Notes under the pieces: model-generated
Database searches by the model: none
The model's input: the letters and a program-made list of their open reading frames with translations, nothing else
What the model was told of the DNA's origin: nothing
Source: Phyllosticta citribraziliensis
Taxonomy: Eukaryota
Length of the DNA stretch: 64,000 bases
Reading direction: 5' to 3'
Assembly: GCF_038025025.1 (NCBI RefSeq)
Contig: NW_027117340.1
Span: forward strand, 868,001 to 932,000
Shown here: positions 25,145-38,100 of the stretch, one piece after another
How positions within the stretch are numbered: the stretch's first letter is position 1
Layout of the letters: every line of letters starts with the position of its first letter
Made by a program: the position numbers and the translations under genes

Positions 25145-27712
25145 TTACTCGAAATCTTCAATGTCGTCGTCGACGAGCACCAGATCTGCGATGCCAACTT
25201 CGCTAACCTCTGTCGCACTGGCTCCGCGTAACCCTTGTCGCTGTTGCGCTTTCGCTTCCGCGGCTCCCTTCGCCACGAATGGCTTCGATCTTCTCGACGG
25301 GAACACGCTCTGAGTGTTGGTTCCATGCTTGGCGGCCCAGTCGTCAAGGCCGTCTTCCTCGTCGGCACCGCTTTGCATGTTGGGGCCCAACCCAACACTG
25401 CTGAAGCTCGTGACCTTTTCGAGGTCCTCCCGGAGCTTTGGGCGGCTAGCTGGCGTTTGTCTTTGGTTCGTCTGCAGCATTTTGGCCATGTAGGGCAGAC
25501 GCTCGAGGAGCATTTCTCGCCTCATCGAGCCGCTGACGCCCAAGACGGAGGAATTCATTTGTCGATCGCTTTCGGGGTGCGCCACTGGCGTCTCCGGACC
25601 GGAGATTAATCCTCGAGTGAATTCGCCTGCTGTGAGAGTCTTCGTAGCCATGAGACCTTCTTCCTGTGCTATTTTTATCGTGTTCTCGAGGAGACCTTCC
25701 AGCTCTTCCTGCACGCGCCATAGCCTGGATGACGTAGGGTAGAACATCTGATTTTGTGCGCCCCCGGCAAATCTGTTGGCAGTGAAGTTGTCAATGCGCG
25801 GTCTCTTGACAGGCGATGGGAGGCTGAATAACAGTCCCCGGACAGCAATCTCGAAGCTCATTTCGTCTTGCCGCAAGGTGTCGGTGCCGACACCTTGGTA
25901 CGCACGTCTGGTGGCTCCATTCGCGCTGAACCGGTCAGGGCACAGGATGTCAGCATCAGACAGTACGTCAATGCAGTCATTGAGGGAGTCCAGCGTTTCT
26001 TCTTCGCTTGGTCCGCAGCAAGAGAGCGCATAGTTCTCGTGGAGAGCAGCAACGTAGGTTTGAATGTTCGTCCCGAGCTCGTCTATGAGAGCGTCGACAG
26101 CTACTTCAGACTGCTTTGGCCTTCGATGTTGTGGTAGATGAGTGGGTGGCTGCGGAAGCTGCGACGGCCCTTCTCTCTTGTTGTAAACGACTTTGCCGAC
26201 GGCATGAAATATCCCCAAAGTACTTTCTCGCTGGGAGATCATGGCCAAAGAATCCTGTTCCATTTTCGTGAGAGGTTTCTCACCAGCGCTTTTTTTGCCC
26301 TTCCTAGGCTTAATAGTGCTACTCCAGTCACCTGCTTCGTCGCCACGTAGACATAGAAATTCGAGTGCCGACACAGCGCTGCGAACGTCGCCGATCTCGG
26401 AAAGCTTTTTTAGAACGAGAGGGCCAGGCGCGGTCGTTCTCTTGGATATTTGCGCTTCTTTAGCTAATGCGAGCTTGAGCGCCTTGGCCATGAATGTCGG
26501 AGCGACGGGGTTGAACTCGATGACTGTGGTCCCTTGATGGTTCATAATGCTTGGACCAAGAAGCCTGTACGCAGTGAAGCTGTCTGCGGCAGAAGCAGTT
26601 GCCGATAGCAGTGTCTCTGAAATAATCATGATGACCGGGATCGGAGCCGAGCCATTATCTTTGGAACGAGTGAATGCTGACGCCAGGGAAGGCACAGACG
26701 ATGACAGAAACTGTTCAATTGCGGAACGGAACGATTGCAGCGCGTCTGAAGATCGCGCGAACGTGTTGGGGAACTCCTCAATCAAGACTAGCTGATTGCT
26801 TGTAACTTGAGGCAGAGAGGTGCTCTTGGTTGGTCCCTCAGTCTCGAAAGACAAGCTCCCGAATTTGCCACTCCGACCCATGAAGTCTTCAAACTGAGCG
26901 GCCAGGGATACAAAGGTTGAAGATGAGAAGTCAGATCCGACTGGATTCCTCCATTCATTGATGGCAAAGCCCATCTCTTTTGCCAGTAGATTCAGAGTAG
27001 TTGTCTTGCCCGTACCAGCAGCACCTTTGAGTACGAGAAGCCTCTTGCGCTCGCGCCTTGCGAAAACGTTGGTAAGCCAGAGTTTGACATCTGCCACCTT
27101 TTTCTTGTGAACAGCGAGTTCGTCAAGATTTGCAGGGCTGAATCGGTCTACCCAAGGCTTGTGATCCATAATGACGTGAGGTGTTGATTCCTGTACGGGG
27201 GTGGGCCGCCGTTGACCTGACACGGACTTGAGGAACTTTTGGCTCCCACTCAATGGCGCATCAGCACCATCTCCATCGCCAAATCCGAGCGACGTGTCCC
27301 GTGAACGCTTCCGGGCGGTGCGTGCTGTGACTGATGTCTGGCCAGAGGGCTTCAATGCCGAAGGAGCACCTTCATCCAGTGAGTCGTCTTGTATTGTGTC
27401 CTCGTAATCTTCCAACCCATTTTCGTGTTCTTTCTCAATCGTGGGTGAAAGCTTTGGTCGCTGCTTTTGGGCTGCTGCGCTTTGGAAAAAGGATTGGATC
27501 GTCTTGGGTTTCGTAGCTTGGGTTTCACTCTTCGAAGTGCCGGTAGGTTTCAGCGTCTGCGATTTCTGGCGAGGAGGTTGAGATCTGGTCTTCGGTCTGG
27601 ATTTGGCGGAAGAGGATTTGGAGCGAGATTGTGGGCTGTTCTGAGGGCTCTGCTCATCTGGCTCATGGTCTGAGGACGAGAGCACGACGGCCCTCTGCCT
27701 CGGCTGCCGCAT
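25145..27712 (-). CDS. rad17: Checkpoint clamp-loader subunit Rad17 (yeast Rad24)
   Basis: PWVDRFSPANLDELAVHKKKV, Walker A GAAGTGKTT, LIEEFPN, GDVRSAVSALEF and RESTLGIFHAVGKVVYNKR in an 855-aa single ORF. Confidence 0.95.
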   Translation of the reverse strand: MRQPRQRAVVLSSSDHEPDEQSPQNSPQSRSKSSSAKSRPKTRSQPPRQKSQTLKPTGTSKSETQATKPKTIQSFFQSAAAQKQRPKLSPTIEKEHENGLEDYEDTIQDDSLDEGAPSALKPSGQTSVTARTARKRSRDTSLGFGDGDGADAPLSGSQKFLKSVSGQRRPTPVQESTPHVIMDHKPWVDRFSPANLDELAVHKKKVADVKLWLTNVFARRERKRLLVLKGAAGTGKTTTLNLLAKEMGFAINEWRNPVGSDFSSSTFVSLAAQFEDFMGRSGKFGSLSFETEGPTKSTSLPQVTSNQLVLIEEFPNTFARSSDALQSFRSAIEQFLSSSVPSLASAFTRSKDNGSAPIPVIMIISETLLSATASAADSFTAYRLLGPSIMNHQGTTVIEFNPVAPTFMAKALKLALAKEAQISKRTTAPGPLVLKKLSEIGDVRSAVSALEFLCLRGDEAGDWSSTIKPRKGKKSAGEKPLTKMEQDSLAMISQRESTLGIFHAVGKVVYNKREGPSQLPQPPTHLPQHRRPKQSEVAVDALIDELGTNIQTYVAALHENYALSCCGPSEEETLDSLNDCIDVLSDADILCPDRFSANGATRRAYQGVGTDTLRQDEMSFEIAVRGLLFSLPSPVKRPRIDNFTANRFAGGAQNQMFYPTSSRLWRVQEELEGLLENTIKIAQEEGLMATKTLTAGEFTRGLISGPETPVAHPESDRQMNSSVLGVSGSMRREMLLERLPYMAKMLQTNQRQTPASRPKLREDLEKVTSFSSVGLGPNMQSGADEEDGLDDWAAKHGTNTQSVFPSRRSKPFVAKGAAEAKAQQRQGLRGASATEVSEVGIADLVLVDDDIEDFE

Positions 27713-28805
27713 GGCGCAAGACCGAGAAGGCAGCTGGGAGTGTGTCAGGGCTCATCGCGGACTGGAGTGACTGAAGGCGGAGCGAGCAGTACGATGGAGC
27801 AGTGAGCAATTGGAGAAGGCGTGGGACAGGCGCTCGCAGGCGGAGCGGCATTCAGAAGCAGAAACAAGGAACGCAATGCGTGCGCCGGCAGCTCCTCCAG
27901 TCTCCAGCGGAGGTCCGCGGCGGAAGATGACTAAGGAGATAGGTTAGTCAGCGTCGCCGTCAACAACCTGGCGGACATCTCGGCTCCTCCCCACTCCACT
28001 CCACTCCTCCACCGTCACTCTCTGCAAGACATCTCCCGCTACCGTCTCTCTCGTTTTGCACCAATCACCCTCATCCTGTCCATTGGCGCGTGGTCCGCCG
28101 TCGTCTTTCTCTATATTTGAACATTTGCGCCTTACAACCGCCCGACGTGTACGCTCTCCAGTCTCGAATCTTCGCTCTCTCGCCTCGCTGCGTACATGGC
28201 CCTTTCGATGACCAACCGTGCCGAACCACGCAGCGGATGTGTGCGTCACCTAGGCACCATGCAGCTGTGCCCTGTCTCTGCATCTCACCACTCACACCCC
28301 TCGTTCACAGCCTCTTCTGTTTCGGACCACGTCGAGTGGATCCGATGCAGAGTGATGCGCTGCTTTTGCGGCTGACATGACCGTGTACACGTATATCCTG
28401 TGTAACCATCGTCAATCCCTCTGGCAAGTCGCAACTTGACAATTGTTGCGGCGATGACTCCCGCCCCGGCTTCCTTCTCTCATTGATCCCGCTGCGTTCC
28501 AGCACGCGCCCTGCTTCGCCTAACTGTGGCATCATTTCTCCATCGTGTCGCTCTTGATGCCTGTTTTGGGTCGAAATTCGTCCCAAGTCATGTACCTCCT
28601 TCCATAAAAGGAATCTTTCGCCACGCGGTGCATTGACAATCGATTCTCACGCCCGTACTTAGCTGTTCTGGTCCGCTCTATGCTGCCACGCAATCAGAAA
28701 CGCATCTTCCAACTGGTCCTCTTTGACAGACCGACATATTGTGATAAGAATTAACTTAACCTCTACCGTTCTCCTATATCAGAGCAGTCTTCCCGTGCCC
28801 CAGTC

Positions 28806-31800
28806 ATGTATTCACCAAGAACGAGGAAGCTCCTCGAGAAAGAAGGGGACAATCGTCCGAAGGGCAAAGCCCTCAAGAATTCATCCCGTCAAAGCGAATA
28901 TACTCCACCGACAAGTCCTCAGGTCCAGCCAGAAAGCCTGCCCCCTTTACCGCCCTCGGTTCCTTCATCACCTGCTCTTTCATCTCAAAGGTCCAGAAAT
29001 CCCAGCCCTGCTCCTTCAATCGCCTCCCTCAACCCCTCATTCCAGAGATCACGACACGCTTCGCCTGCACCATCAAGTGCATCTGTTGCTTCCAGAGCCA
29101 CTCTGCGGTCTCATCAGCCTATGGTAGAAGACTCGTTGAGTGAAACGGAGGAGCCAATTTCGAATTCATCCCCGAAATCGAAGAGCAGCCTTTCTCAAAA
29201 TCGATCCAAGTTCGAAGCATCTGACGGGGCTCCCGACACTGTTGCCCCAGATACACTCCAGGGTAGCAAGAAGAAGAGTTCTGATCTGAAGGGCAGCGCA
29301 GCTAGCACAGTCTCAACGACCGCACCAGGGACCAAGAGCCAGGTTTCTCGGAGTGCGAAAAGCGAAGCTCCGTCTCAGTCCAACAAAGAAAAGAGTCAAT
29401 CAGAACCAAAGAGCAAGGTGGCCGACACAGTCACAGGGACTGTGTCAAAGACTCAAAGCCAGGTTTCTCGCAGTGTGGGGAGCGAAAGCCCTTCCCAGAC
29501 CAACAAGAAAGGAAAAGAGGCACCAGAGTCGACCATCTCGCAGTCTATTCCACACCCCGACGTAATATCGCCTTCGGACAGCGCCTCTCAGCAGGGCGAT
29601 CCACCTCAAGAACAGCAAGATCAAACTAGCCACGCAACTTCGTTTCACTCCGCGATCCCCGATCCTGCAACAATTGTCGCTCCATCGCCCAAGTCGGTGA
29701 CGCAAAAACCAGAGTTGCAAAAGGCATCTCCATCCCTTTCGTACATCGAGGCAAGAAGCGGCAACCACACGCCGCGCTCCCCGTCAATCACGGCATTCCC
29801 AATACCACCGAGACATCCCTACCATCCCGCATATCCTGATCCATACGGATCCCCACACATGCCAGGTTATCAACAAGGGTACTTTTATCCTCCGCCCAAT
29901 ATGTCGATGACTGCCCCTCAAGGCACTCCACCGCACTATCCGCAATACAATGCGTACAATGGGCCGCCATTCCCCATGCCCTACTCGAGCCAGCGCCACA
30001 ATTCCACTGGATCACGTGCCAGTGCTTTCGGCGAAACGGCGTCTCCTCAAGGTGGGCCTAGTGGTGGCAATGGCTCCGTTATCGATGAAGACGCGGGCGA
30101 TTTACTCTCTCGCATCTCGTCGGCCATACCTGACCTGCACCTTTTGCTTTCACGTTACAACGAGACTCGTGGCCAGCTTGGTGTGCGTGAGGAGTTGATT
30201 CGCAAGGCAGAAGCAGCCCAGGCGGATGCACTTAAGCGCAAGGAAGATTACATCGACAAGCTGACCAAGGAGTTGGCGGAAGCAGCCAAACACCACTCTA
30301 ACGAGAGCAACAAGCTCAGACTTGAAATTGGTAACCTGGAAGACAAGAGGAAAGAGCTTGAGGAGCAAATTGCAGACGCAGAAAAGGCCAAGATCGAGAT
30401 GCAGGAAGCAAAGGCGAGCCTAGAAGAGGAAAAGAAGGCTGTCGAAGAAGAGAAAGGGAGCCTCGAGGCTGCGGCGAAAAGCGACAAGGAGACGCTGTCC
30501 AAGGAGTTGCAAGACGTGAAGACCAAGGCCGCGGAGCTCGAAGAGTCTAAGACGAAACTTGAGGAGACTACGGCCAAACTCGAAGAAGAAAGGGCAAAGA
30601 TAGAAGCGGATAAGCAGCAAGTCGAGGAAAAGGCCGGTGAAGAAAAACGCGAGTTGGAGAAAACACTTGCTGAAGAGAAAGAACGCTTGCAGAAGGAGGC
30701 CGACGAAGCTCAGGCAAAGCTCAAGATCGAATCCCAGGAAGCCCTCGACAAAGCCAAGAGCCAGTCACAAGAAGCTCTTGAGAAATCCAAGGAGACGTCA
30801 GATGCTGAGAAGATGGCCCTTGCTGTCGAGTTCGACCGCATGCAAAAGGACTACCACGACGAATCAGAGCGGCGTCGAGTGCAGATGATTGACGAGCACG
30901 TCAAAGACAAGGAAACCCTTCTGTCTGAGTTTCAGCGCCAGAAAAGGGAATTGGAAGAGAGCTTCGAAAAGGTTCGCAAGGAGCTGGAGTCGAAGCTCAA
31001 TGCCGCTCTGTCAAACTACGAGGGAGCCCTCAAGAAAGAGCGCGAGAGCCGTGATTTTTGGAACGCCGAGAGAGAAAGCCTGAAGAAGGGATGGGAAGAG
31101 GAGTGTGAGCACTTGAAAAAGGGCTGGGACGAACAGCGTGAATCGCTCCAGGCCCAGCATAGTGCTGAAAAGGAGGACATCAAGAAGTCGATGGAGAAGG
31201 CCCAAGCAGAAGCCGAAAAGAAGGCGGAAGATGAACGACAAGCGCTGATCAAGGAAAGAGAGACCATGAAGAAGGAGTGGGACGAAGACAAAGTCAATCT
31301 TGAGAGAGTCGTTGGAGAACTCAAGAACATTGCTGGAAACTTTGGCGCCGAGAAGGAGCGCATGCAGAAGATCATCGAGGGATTTGGTGAGCCGAACATT
31401 GTGAAAAGCAAGGGAGATGAGTACTAGTAAGTCCATTTGCCGAGCTCAAATTGCATTGCCTGGAGAAAGCATGGGACTGGTTTTTTTTTGTGTTTTAATA
31501 AACAAATTGGGTTCGGTTCATGTCTTTAGCACATAATCCATCTTGCTACACCTTCGATTACTGTCCTTCATCGCTTTTGACCCATTGAGTTCAAATCCGA
31601 CTAACAAGGAACTATAGTCTAGGCGCTTTTTCCCGTCTTCAAAGACAGGTCCTGGCTGCATCGTCGAACCATTTCAAGAAGTTACCAGGTCCACTAGCGG
31701 CTGATGTGCTCGCCCGCCTACCGTCCAATGTCCCGGATCTACTCGCCGACAGTCCTTCAGCTGCTCACCTCAGAGTTTCGTACGCCATGTACAGCATCTC

Positions 31801-34312
31801 CAAGATTTTGACCGCACGCATATTCGAACCGTTCTTTTTCAGCCCCGATGGCGATGCAGACGCAAGCGTAAATCTGCTGAAAGAGATTAGCACTCAGCTA
31901 CGGGAGAAGGATCCTGTACGCGAGGCCACATGGCGCCAACACACTCTCAGCTCCTTGTTCCGCGGACCGGATGCCAAGCGACGCATCAATGCGGCAGCAA
32001 GCTCTGTCGTGGATGAGATTTGTAAAACATTGGAACCATTCTTGGCGAACAAGATTGATGAGGAGCTCGTTCGGGCTGAGGTGCGCAGGATTGTCAAGTT
32101 AGCCGCAGAAACATGGAGATTTGCTTGCATTGAGCGCGAGATGATCTCGACAACCCTACCAGCACCTGGCGAGGCTTGTGTCGAGGATGAGAATGACCTC
32201 TTCTGGCCGGCACAGCATTTCGATGCGCCTGACTACCCGGTCAGCTCCATTGGCGATCTCGATGACAAGACAGCGGCGAAGAAATCAAGAGTTCTCCTGA
32301 GGCTGTTCCCGGTCATCAGAAGGGAACCTAAGCACAGGCTACCAAAAGCAAACCCGGAAGATGCGGATGGGACATCGGATAAGGGATGTGTCTACAGCTA
32401 CGGGCTGGCACTTTACGAGGACTCGGCACCTGTTCTGACACGTCTCAAGGAGTTGGGGATAGCTGACGGCTCTGACGGTACGAAAGACGCTGACACTCCG
32501 GATGGAGACAAGAAGAACGACAGTGCTGAATCGAGATCCAAGGGAGAAAGCCCTGACGCGGAAGCTCCTAAGAAGGATGAATCTGCCAACCAAGACTCCG
32601 AGCCCGTCGCTGGAGGAGAGACCGAGTCAAGAGACGCAACGCCCGACGCTGGTGATCAGGATAAGCCTACCGAAGTGACCGAGATTGCCACGCCTCCGGA
32701 ACAGAAGCCTGCTGAACAAGCAGCCAGCGAGGATCAGGAGCAAGAAACCAAGAAAGAGGCATCTGTCGCAGGGGGAGCTACCGATGCCAAAGAGGGGGAC
32801 AACCCAAAGAATGAGGATGGGAAGGAGCTAGCTTCCCAAGATGAGAAAGCAGAGGTCTCCGAAGTTCCCAAAGAGATGCCTGCACCGGATGCGGCAGCAG
32901 AATCAAGCCCAACAAATGCCAAAGAGCCAGAACAGAAGACTGAAGCCGTAGAAGAAAGGACGGACTCTGCACATAACGAAAAGAAAGACGAACCGCCTCC
33001 CACCACTGAACCTATGACTCAGGATTCTGCTGATAAGCCAAGCGAAGAGAAGCCACGTGAAACCAGCACACAGGAGGGTACTACCCATGACAATACCGAA
33101 AGGGCAAAGGTCAACGAACCTGGAGACGACAAGCCAGCAGAGGACAAGCCCACAGAAGACAAGCCCACAGAAGACAAGCCCACAGAAGACAAGCCCACAG
33201 AAGACAAGCCTGCCGAAGACAAGCCTGCCGAAGACAAGACTGCAGAAAACAAGCCGGCTGACGACAAACCCGCGGAGGAAAGGACTGACGACAAGCCTGT
33301 GGAGGATAACCAGACCGAAACCAAGCCCGCGGAAGAGGCTGCTCCTGGCAAGACACAATCAGAGACGAAGGTTGAAGAAACCACAGATAACAAGGCGGCA
33401 GATGAGAAATCACAGGAGAAGACAGAGGAAAATGCAAAGGAGACCGAGCCGACGGACGAAGAGAAAGCGAAAGAGGCCACGACAAAGGAGCAGCCAGCAG
33501 AGGCTCCAAGTGGAGAGTCCGCACCGGCACCAGCGCAATCAGTCGAGACCACACCCGCTGCGGATGTAAAAGAGACGACCGAATCCAAAGCCGAAGAGAA
33601 GAAAGAAGAGCCCAAGGCCGAGTACATCGCCGTGCCTCGCCGGTATGGGACCTCCACCCACACCCTCAAAAGGGAAGGATCCAAAACCTCATCTCCACCA
33701 AACAGCAAGGCTCCCAGCGTGAACGGAGAAAAGGCAGCGGAAGAAATAAAGACTACTAATGCTGGTTCCCGTCCTGCATCTCCGATACCAAGCCGCAAAG
33801 CCGAAAGCATCAAAAGCAGCAAGTCTCACGGCAGCAAAAGCCAAGCTCCAAGCTTCAAGAGTGCAAAATCACGCAGCGGCGACGGCGCAACAGCCGCAGA
33901 GCCTGCAGCAGCTGGAGGCAGCGAGAAGCCTAAGACGGAGCGCTCGTCCTCCCATGCCCGGACCGCCTCGCGCGCAGGTCGAGACGCAACAGACAACTCG
34001 GAACGCCCGCAGTACCGCATGGTTGACAAGCCCAACCTCCAGCGCAATGGCAGCCTGAAGAGCAAGCACCATCGCAAGGAAAGCACGGGCGAGGCGAGGA
34101 GCCCGAGCACTCACCGTCGACACTCGTCCACATTGATTGGAGACCACGCCGTGCCTGACGACACTGGACACGCGCTTGGAACCCGCAGTAGTAGTAGATT
34201 GACCGAGGGGACAGGAAGCAGTCGGAGCGGGAGTGTGGGTAGTAGGGGCACCGTGACAGACAATCGAAGTGCGGCCATCAAGGGGTTGTATCAACATCAG
34301 CATCAGGCATAG
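28806..34312 (+). CDS. Large (~1770 aa) uncharacterised protein: S/P-rich N-terminus, long coiled coil, globular middle, E/K/D/P repeat tail; exons 28806-31426 and 31618-34312
   Basis: GTAAGT donor at 31427 and CTAAC...TAG acceptor ending 31617 join the 873-aa and 868-aa ORFs in frame (GDEY-Y-LGAFSRLQRQ). The true start may lie further upstream (acceptor-like site at ~28782). Confidence 0.8.
33126..33300 (+). repeat. Coding 15-bp tandem repeat (gaagacaagccyrcm) encoding (E/D)DKP(T/A)
   Basis: About 8 near-perfect units plus degenerate flanking units read directly. Confidence 0.9.
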
Positions 34313-35105
34313 ACGGCATCCGAAGAACTTCGAGCAGCGGTGCGGTCATCGTGAGCAGTCAAGAACTCGAAAGCTGGAGGTCAATTCTTGGGCCTTTTGA
34401 GAATTTCCGAACTTTGAGGCATTGGTCTTTTGCAGACAGGGAGGCATGGAGACGCAAGGATCTCACTGTTTCTTCCCCATGGAGATTTTGGACCTTGTGT
34501 TACAGTTCTTCATCCCATCAGCCAGGAAAACTAAAGGTCCGGGGGAGGTGGTTTTTTTGTGCTTCGAGGGCTTCATCTCTCATCCAACAGCAGACGATCT
34601 TTCTCTTGTTCTGCTCTCTCGCTTGCATATAATTTAGTCAATCACTTCCACCGCAGCTGAATTGTGGATAATGAAACGTGTGGGATGTGTACTTTTCCTT
34701 CTAAATGTAACGACCGAGAAATGTCTCGTTCCTAGTCTACCAAAACGAGGCCATAGACTTCAAGATGTACTGTTCTAGCTTAGCTCAATCCAACTACTGC
34801 AAGTAGCCTACAAGTAGTGGTGATACAGACGAGACCTCAAACGACGTTCTGGGGGGATTTTCGACGAAATGTACATGTAAAAGCTGAAAACAAAATAAAA
34901 GATCATTGGGTATCAGGATAGCAGCGTTTAAATGCAAGCAAGACCGACCTGCGCCGCCGCCGTCGCTATTCAATGGCGAGCGCAGGTCCCTTGCGATTCA
35001 ACGGCGAAAATTTTGGGTAAAGGAGAGACGTAGACAGCGTACACTAAAAGCCGTTAAATGGCCCAAAACTTCTCATCAGTGTTTAACATGCCACCGGGTT
35101 TGGCC

Positions 35106-38100
35106 TCACATGCTCCCCTCTTCTTCCTCAGCAGGTGTTGCGGTTCCACTGCTGAAATAGCTTTGGTCAATCTTGAGGATCCATTCAATCTTGTCGCGCT
35201 CGCTCTTTGCCGCAAAGAGGAAGGTGTTCTGGGGCGCGAATACAGCAAAGACATTCATGTTGTGTCGTTGCAACAAGTTCGCCAGCTGCGGCTGGTGATC
35301 AATGCGCGAGTTGCCCAAGTTGATTGCGTTGAGCTCGTCGCCCTCGGGTATGGAGTAAAGGTGCAAGTACGGCCGCCTCAACTCGACAAATCGCCGCACC
35401 CATTTCGTATTGGTGTCGTCGGGGGTCAGGAGATAACCGGATTTGAGCATCGTCGGATTCTTGGCCACGTAGCGCACTTCTGCGATAAGAGTTGGCTTAG
35501 TCTCGCCATTTGGAGGCGTGGCAAAGGCAGCACCACGACTTGGCGGTTGAAGATTTTCTTTGACAAGGAGGAGCTCGCCAATATCCTTTTTGGTCTTCCA
35601 AAGGTCCAGGACCTTGAGGAGAAGTTCCCTCTGGCGATCGGTTGGCTCTCCATCCTCAGAAAAGACGTACTCGTCCCTATTGGCAGTGAGCGCCCGAGAG
35701 CTTAGCACACTCCGGGCCGACTCAATCTCAGCGACTCGCCGCCTACGCTTCCGCGTCCCCATGAAGTCCTTGACAAGCGAGACACCACGCGGGGTCCAGC
35801 CAGAGAGCATTTCTTCGCCCTTGATGTAGTCGTGTTGGGTGCTCATTCGCCACAGATCAACCACTCTCTTGGCCGACAGAGGACGGATCGCGACAGAAAA
35901 CATGCCGACTGTTGAGTGGACTATACGTGAAGCCGCGAAGATCTGAGTGAACATGGAGGATGGGCGTACGTAAGATCGGGAGCGGATCTGTACCGAAATG
36001 TCCAGCGAAAAGGTCATGGGCTTCGAGAGCTTTGCGCACGCTACATCCCATATCAAGGAAACTTGTACGCGATACCTGTCGGCGGTCGTGCGGTCAAGAA
36101 GCAAAGAGGCGTGCATGCTTGAGTCCCATAGACCCACAAAGGTCACGTTGCTCGTCCCATCAGCGTTGTCCTTGACAGTTGGCTTTGATAACAGCTTGAC
36201 GGGGATTTCGGGCTGAGGGGAGTCTGTTCCAGCAGTCCGGCCATTGGGGTCTAGAAGCTTGACGTGACCAACTCGAATGGATGATATGTCTTGCCATTGT
36301 AACACTTTGCCAGAGCTGTGGGTCAGGTTCACAACAAAGCGACGCTGGAGACCCTGATGAAGTTGGTATGCTCCTTGGTCCATGGCGTTGGTCTGTACGA
36401 CATCGACTGGTCGATAATTCCCATCCTCCGACATCTCCTGGATTTGGACGCGCGTGAAGATGTCGTGGCGGTCCTCAGCATAAAACTCAGATTCCGGTAG
36501 CCTTGCGGATTTGTTGCGTCTGAGTTTTGGCGGAGGAGCGGAGTCGCGCATGTCGTCCCAGCTCAACAACTTGTCAAGATGAGTCGTTGTGACCCTGGCG
36601 AAAATGGAAATACGGAGCGAGGCCGTTTTTGGACTGTTGAGAGGCAGGCCCATACTGTGGACACTCTCGAAGCGAATGGGTCCCTCGTTGAAATCCTTGA
36701 TCATTTGCGTTGTGGTCGCGCCCGACTCGTCTGATATCCCAGGGAAAAACAGCTGAGCATGCGCGTCGGTCCCTTCCCTTTCTGGGAAGCCAATCATCTC
36801 ATGCATCACCACGTTGAACTTGAGAGTCGAGGACGATGCCTCGGCAAAGGACGGCTCCAACGAAAGACGCAGTATCCCGACCACCCCTGACGTGTATGTC
36901 GAAACAACGTCAATTGAAAAGTCTTGCACTTTGGATTGAAATACCGCAGCAAGTGGGACATCAGCGTCTCCGATTCGAGAGAACTCGGGCATGCAAGATT
37001 CCGTAAAAGGGTTGTCGAGGCGGAAGTGCTGCGACTCAGGCTTATTGAGATATTGATGTATCTGACGCATAAGCCTGATTCGTCTCCGAAGCTTTTGGAG
37101 CGACCACAGATGAATGATGCGGTTCTTGAAGTCGACGACTCTGACGCCTATGCACGGCTTTGGACAAAGCTCGAGGTCATCGTCGTCCTCGCCCGGTGCC
37201 CCGTTGAGCACTAGATCATACGAGGAAGCAAAGGAATGACCGATATCCACGACACAGAACTGAAACACGACGTGCTTGTCCATTTGCTGGCTCATGATCT
37301 GAGCCTCTTTTAACAAGGCAGCGTTATGGAGCAGAGTCTCTGCCATGGCAACATATCTGCGCTGTCTCCAATGTGAGATGGCTTGTCCAGCCCTATCAGC
37401 CTGAGCCTTTGGCATGGAAGCCGTCGGTTTCGTCCCATCTGGCGTCGGCGTAGCTAGCTCTTGGAGTTGCCTTTCATACTCTTGCTTCTGTTGCTGCAAT
37501 TGCTGTTGCATCTCTTCCTTTGCCGCACGCAGAGCTTCCTCCATTTTCACCTTTTCGGCTCGGATTTCCTCAATCTCGACGGCAGATTCTTCCACGTCCT
37601 TGAGTTTGTCCTCGTATTCAACCTTTTGCTTTTCAAGCTGGTTTTGTAATTCGTCTTTCGTGGACTTGAACCGCTCATCCTCTTCACTTCCAAAGTGGGG
37701 AGTGCCGGGTATTGTCAATGCGGTATCCAAGGAGAAGTTATCGACCGTGCTCGTGGATGCATATTTTTCTCTCACTGGATATGAGGCGTCAGACTCCAGG
37801 TCCTCGTCCTTGTCAAAGATTTTACTCTCGGGTCGAGCTTTGCGGACTGCACGGACTCGCTGCAAGTCGTCGAAGAGCACGTCGAGCTCATCGTCGGTGA
37901 GGTTGGAAATTTTTTGGTCGGGACCCAGAAGGGCGGACACGGCCTCTCTGCGGGCAAAAGACCAGTCGGTATCCCGGCTACTCTTAAACGGAGTGGGAGA
38001 GCCACCCCTGGACGTGTCATTTTCCGAATCTCCCTTACTGAGAGCGCTCCAAGTCCTAGCATGTTCGGGTCGGGTTGGCGTTCCGGATGGCGTGCTCACT

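Noticed and set aside
33126..33300. Regular repeat as a CRISPR-like array
   Set aside because: Head-to-tail 15-mers without unique spacers, in frame within a eukaryotic CDS.
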